Positions 61,261 through 64,000 of a DNA stretch of 64,000 bases are shown here, in pieces (positions within the stretch are counted from its first letter, which is position 1; each line of letters opens with the position of its first letter). A model generated the notes under the pieces. The model ran no database searches, had not been told where the DNA came from, and saw only the letters and a list, made by a program, of their open reading frames with translations. The translations under genes and the position numbers were made by a program. The DNA is from Porphyridium purpureum. Lineage: Eukaryota. The DNA is taken from assembly GCA_008690995.1 (NCBI GenBank), contig VRMN01000002.1, positions 2,232,001-2,296,000 of the forward strand. Direction: 5' to 3'.

Positions 61261-62176
61261 GCTCGCAGTTCAAATCGGCGTGCGCGCGTGATAGGAACGT
61301 TCGACCCAAATTTGCCCCCGACCCGAACGCGCGCCGTCGCTGTACATCGGCCTCGCCAGGTCCCAGCTGCGCCTCCGACCGACTCGGTATGCCGCGATAC
61401 GCCCGGCCCGTCCGAGACCCGTGCAGCGCGAGCAGCAGGCAATGCGCACGCGCTTTGTTCGCGTCACGGCGGCCGGTGCGCGCCGAGCACCCCTTGCACA
61501 GCACGCCGCACTTGTTTGTCGCGCCGTTTTGCGGCTCGCCGCGTGCACCTCGCGTACGACCGCCCGCAGCCGCAGGATCTTCTCAAACCGGCACTCCACG
61601 CAATCCACGAATTCCCGTGAACGCTCGCGCGCGCGTCTAGACCCACTCACCACGCACCGCAATCGCCAGCCACACGCAACTCTCTCTCTCTCTCTCTTTC
61701 TCCCCTTCTCCGCGGGATCCGTTTCTGTTTTTTAGTGTTTGGTCGCTCGCTCACGCGCCCTCCCGCTGACAGAAAAACACCCACCATCTTCACAGTACCC
61801 CTCACTGTACGCGGGCTTCTGCCGCGTATGCTGAAACAGGGCTAGTTTATGATCATCCTGATTAATTGCGTGCGTTTTCATACGGCGTGATTCCGAGAGG
61901 GAAACCCTAGCCCGCAGGTTTGCGTTTGAGCCGGTTGAAGTGTGACACGAGACCGGGAGAGAAAGCGAGGGAGAGAAGAAGACAAAGAAGAGAGCTTCCT
62001 TGGTCCGGTTGTGTGATACGCGCATGAATGAACGCATGCATGCACGCACATATGCACGCACTCACTCACTCATGCGTAGACGGTGGCGGGGGAACGTGTG
62101 TGTATGTGTAGATTGCTTGGGTCATTGAGAGGGAGACAAACGCGCGCGTGACGTGGCAGCAGCACGACCGCGGACC

Positions 62177-64000
62177 ATGAGTTCGATTCAAGAGCGCCTG
62201 GCCAAGTTTCAGGCGGACCAGGCACCCGCGCCGGTGGCTGCGGCGGGGAAGGGCGGCGCGGTAGCCGCGCGCGCCTCCATGTTTGACCAGGCCGCGGCGC
62301 CGCCCGGAAATGCACCGAAGCCATTCGCCCGAAACGGTTCGGATTCTGGCTCGGGCTCCGGTTCCGGCCATGGCTCGGGCTTGACCGCGGCAAGGATGCG
62401 GAAAGCGTGGGAAAAGGACTCAGCGTCTTCTCAATCCCTCGCATCGTTTCCAAAGCTCGGCTCGGGAGCAATGGACATCGACCGGACGCCGCAGAAAGAT
62501 GCCGAAGCGGAGCCACGCTTGCCGTCCGTGAACGCCACAAAATCATTGTGGGAAAAGACAATGAAAGAAAAGGAAGAACGTGATCTCGAAAAGGAACGTG
62601 CGATGAGGGAAGTCAAGCAAGCCGCTCGAGGCTCTGGCTCGAAACCTGCTGACGGGCTCTCTCGCGAGCGCTCGGTTGAGGTCGAGTCGGCTGTGGGCTC
62701 AGTTTCCCTAGCCGCCTCATCGGGGCAAGCTGTGCGAGCCAATTCACCAGAGACATCTGTTGCAGCGGCGACAGTGGCGGCACCGGTCAGTGCCAAGCTC
62801 TCTATATGGGAAAATGCGCTCAAGGAAAAAGAAAAGCGTGATACGTACGTCGAGCAGCTGGTGCATGAGGTCAAGAAGACATCCTTGAATCATTCACCAG
62901 TGGACAAAGCGGCAGAGCCTCAGGCTGCACCCGGCGATTCCACGAAGGCTACGAGAACTTCAAAGCCGACAACGGCACCCGACACAGCCGGGTCCGCGAA
63001 ACAGCCAAGACCGACGCCCGCGTCGAACGTGCGCGCCGAGCGACAAAGGACAGACACAGAAGCTCCGAAAAAGGAATCCACAAAGTTGCAAGCCAAGTCG
63101 GTCGCTGAAGCGGCGGGCGTCGCTGCGGTCTCCTCTGCGACTGCGACGACAGCCAAGCCTAGGAAGAAGAAGAGTACCAAAAAGGCCGTCAAGACCGTGA
63201 CTGCGGTCTCGGCCGACTCTGAGGGCGCTTCGGGAGAGCTGAGGACCACTCGGTCAGTGGGATCCGAGAATCAGTCTTCGGGCACGCTGGGAAAAGTGCC
63301 ATCTATTTCGTCTGCAGAGGTCAAGGCTCCCGTCAGCGCACCGCGAAGAACAGCCCCGGTGGCAGCCGCGCTTCAACCTTCTGGTTCGGCAGGCACTGTG
63401 GTTGAAAGTGTCGACGAAGTCGACGTAGAAGCGTCCACGGAGGCCGAGGTGGCAGACTTCCAGGGACATGAAGAAGATTCAGAGTGGTTTGAGGAGAAGC
63501 AGGCGCGGTTGCGTCTTGCGGAACAACAGCTCGAGGCAAACATCGGCGTGGATGAGGTAGTCGAGGTGTTGGGACTCTGGGGTGAAGACAAGCAGGGAGC
63601 GGGTCGCCAAGAGCTGTACAATAAGGAAGCGCTAGACCGGCTGCTGATGCCTTCGTTCGATCCTTCGGCCGGACTTTTGGATGACAGCGATGCCGACTTG
63701 GAGCGAGCGAAGCGCGAAGAGCTGGAAGATCAAGAGCGCATGTTTCGGAATAAGCTGCCGTCGCGGAAGGACGTGGCTACGCGTATCATCAGCAAGGACG
63801 GCAGCGTCGGAAGCTTTGGCGAGCTAATGCAGATGAGCGGCAGCGTGCATGAATTCCAGTCGACCGAGCTCAGCAAGAAGTCTTTGAATGATGTTGTGAA
63901 CGGCATTTCGAATCCGAATGCGGGGATGACGGTACGAAAGTCAGTTCGTATCAGTGACGGTAATGACGGGTCTATGAGCATCGACATGGTCGGCCCTCGT
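62177..64000 (+). CDS. Large low-complexity protein, 3' end runs off window
   Basis: Manual translation from ATG 62177 (MSSIQERLAKFQ...) stays open to 64000; not in the ORF track because it is truncated. Confidence 0.85.
   Translation, partial: MSSIQERLAKFQADQAPAPVAAAGKGGAVAARASMFDQAAAPPGNAPKPFARNGSDSGSGSGSGHGSGLTAARMRKAWEKDSASSQSLASFPKLGSGAMDIDRTPQKDAEAEPRLPSVNATKSLWEKTMKEKEERDLEKERAMREVKQAARGSGSKPADGLSRERSVEVESAVGSVSLAASSGQAVRANSPETSVAAATVAAPVSAKLSIWENALKEKEKRDTYVEQLVHEVKKTSLNHSPVDKAAEPQAAPGDSTKATRTSKPTTAPDTAGSAKQPRPTPASNVRAERQRTDTEAPKKESTKLQAKSVAEAAGVAAVSSATATTAKPRKKKSTKKAVKTVTAVSADSEGASGELRTTRSVGSENQSSGTLGKVPSISSAEVKAPVSAPRRTAPVAAALQPSGSAGTVVESVDEVDVEASTEAEVADFQGHEEDSEWFEEKQARLRLAEQQLEANIGVDEVVEVLGLWGEDKQGAGRQELYNKEALDRLLMPSFDPSAGLLDDSDADLERAKREELEDQERMFRNKLPSRKDVATRIISKDGSVGSFGELMQMSGSVHEFQSTELSKKSLNDVVNGISNPNAGMTVRKSVRISDGNDGSMSIDMVGPR

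Noticed and set aside
1..64000. tRNA/rRNA genes or prokaryotic operon/defence system
   Set aside because: No cloverleaf or rRNA signature recognised; gene content, intron and LTR element are eukaryotic.

Overview
Gene-dense, almost intron-free, GC-rich eukaryotic nuclear DNA. Plastid-targeted proteins (RseP/ARASP-like protease, GNAT), a sulfotransferase-like gene and the intron scarcity suggest a unicellular red alga (Porphyridium-like; inference only). About 27 mostly housekeeping protein genes are present: Yippee, PHO80-type cyclin, PCCA, TrmB, ERCC1, THOC2, PABPN1, A20/AN1 SAP, FUN14, RRP43, NDUFA12, sterol C14-reductase, RseP, two thioredoxins, XRN1, HOP2, NIPBL/Scc2, SH3BGR (one clear intron), CK2-alpha and several unknowns. 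The standout is a complete, very recent Ty1/copia LTR retrotransposon (3152-8451, minus strand) with several atypical traits. Its apparently identical 428-bp LTRs end CTG...CAG rather than TG...CA, and its GTAAG target-site duplication makes element+TSD a precise GT...AG unit. It also has a half-tRNA-iMet primer site, a gag that starts inside the LTR, a single in-frame UGA between gag and protease/pol, a Cys/His-rich integrase tail and a 28-bp-period U3 array. A CTGTAC/GTACAG motif, often palindromic, recurs in many intergenic regions.
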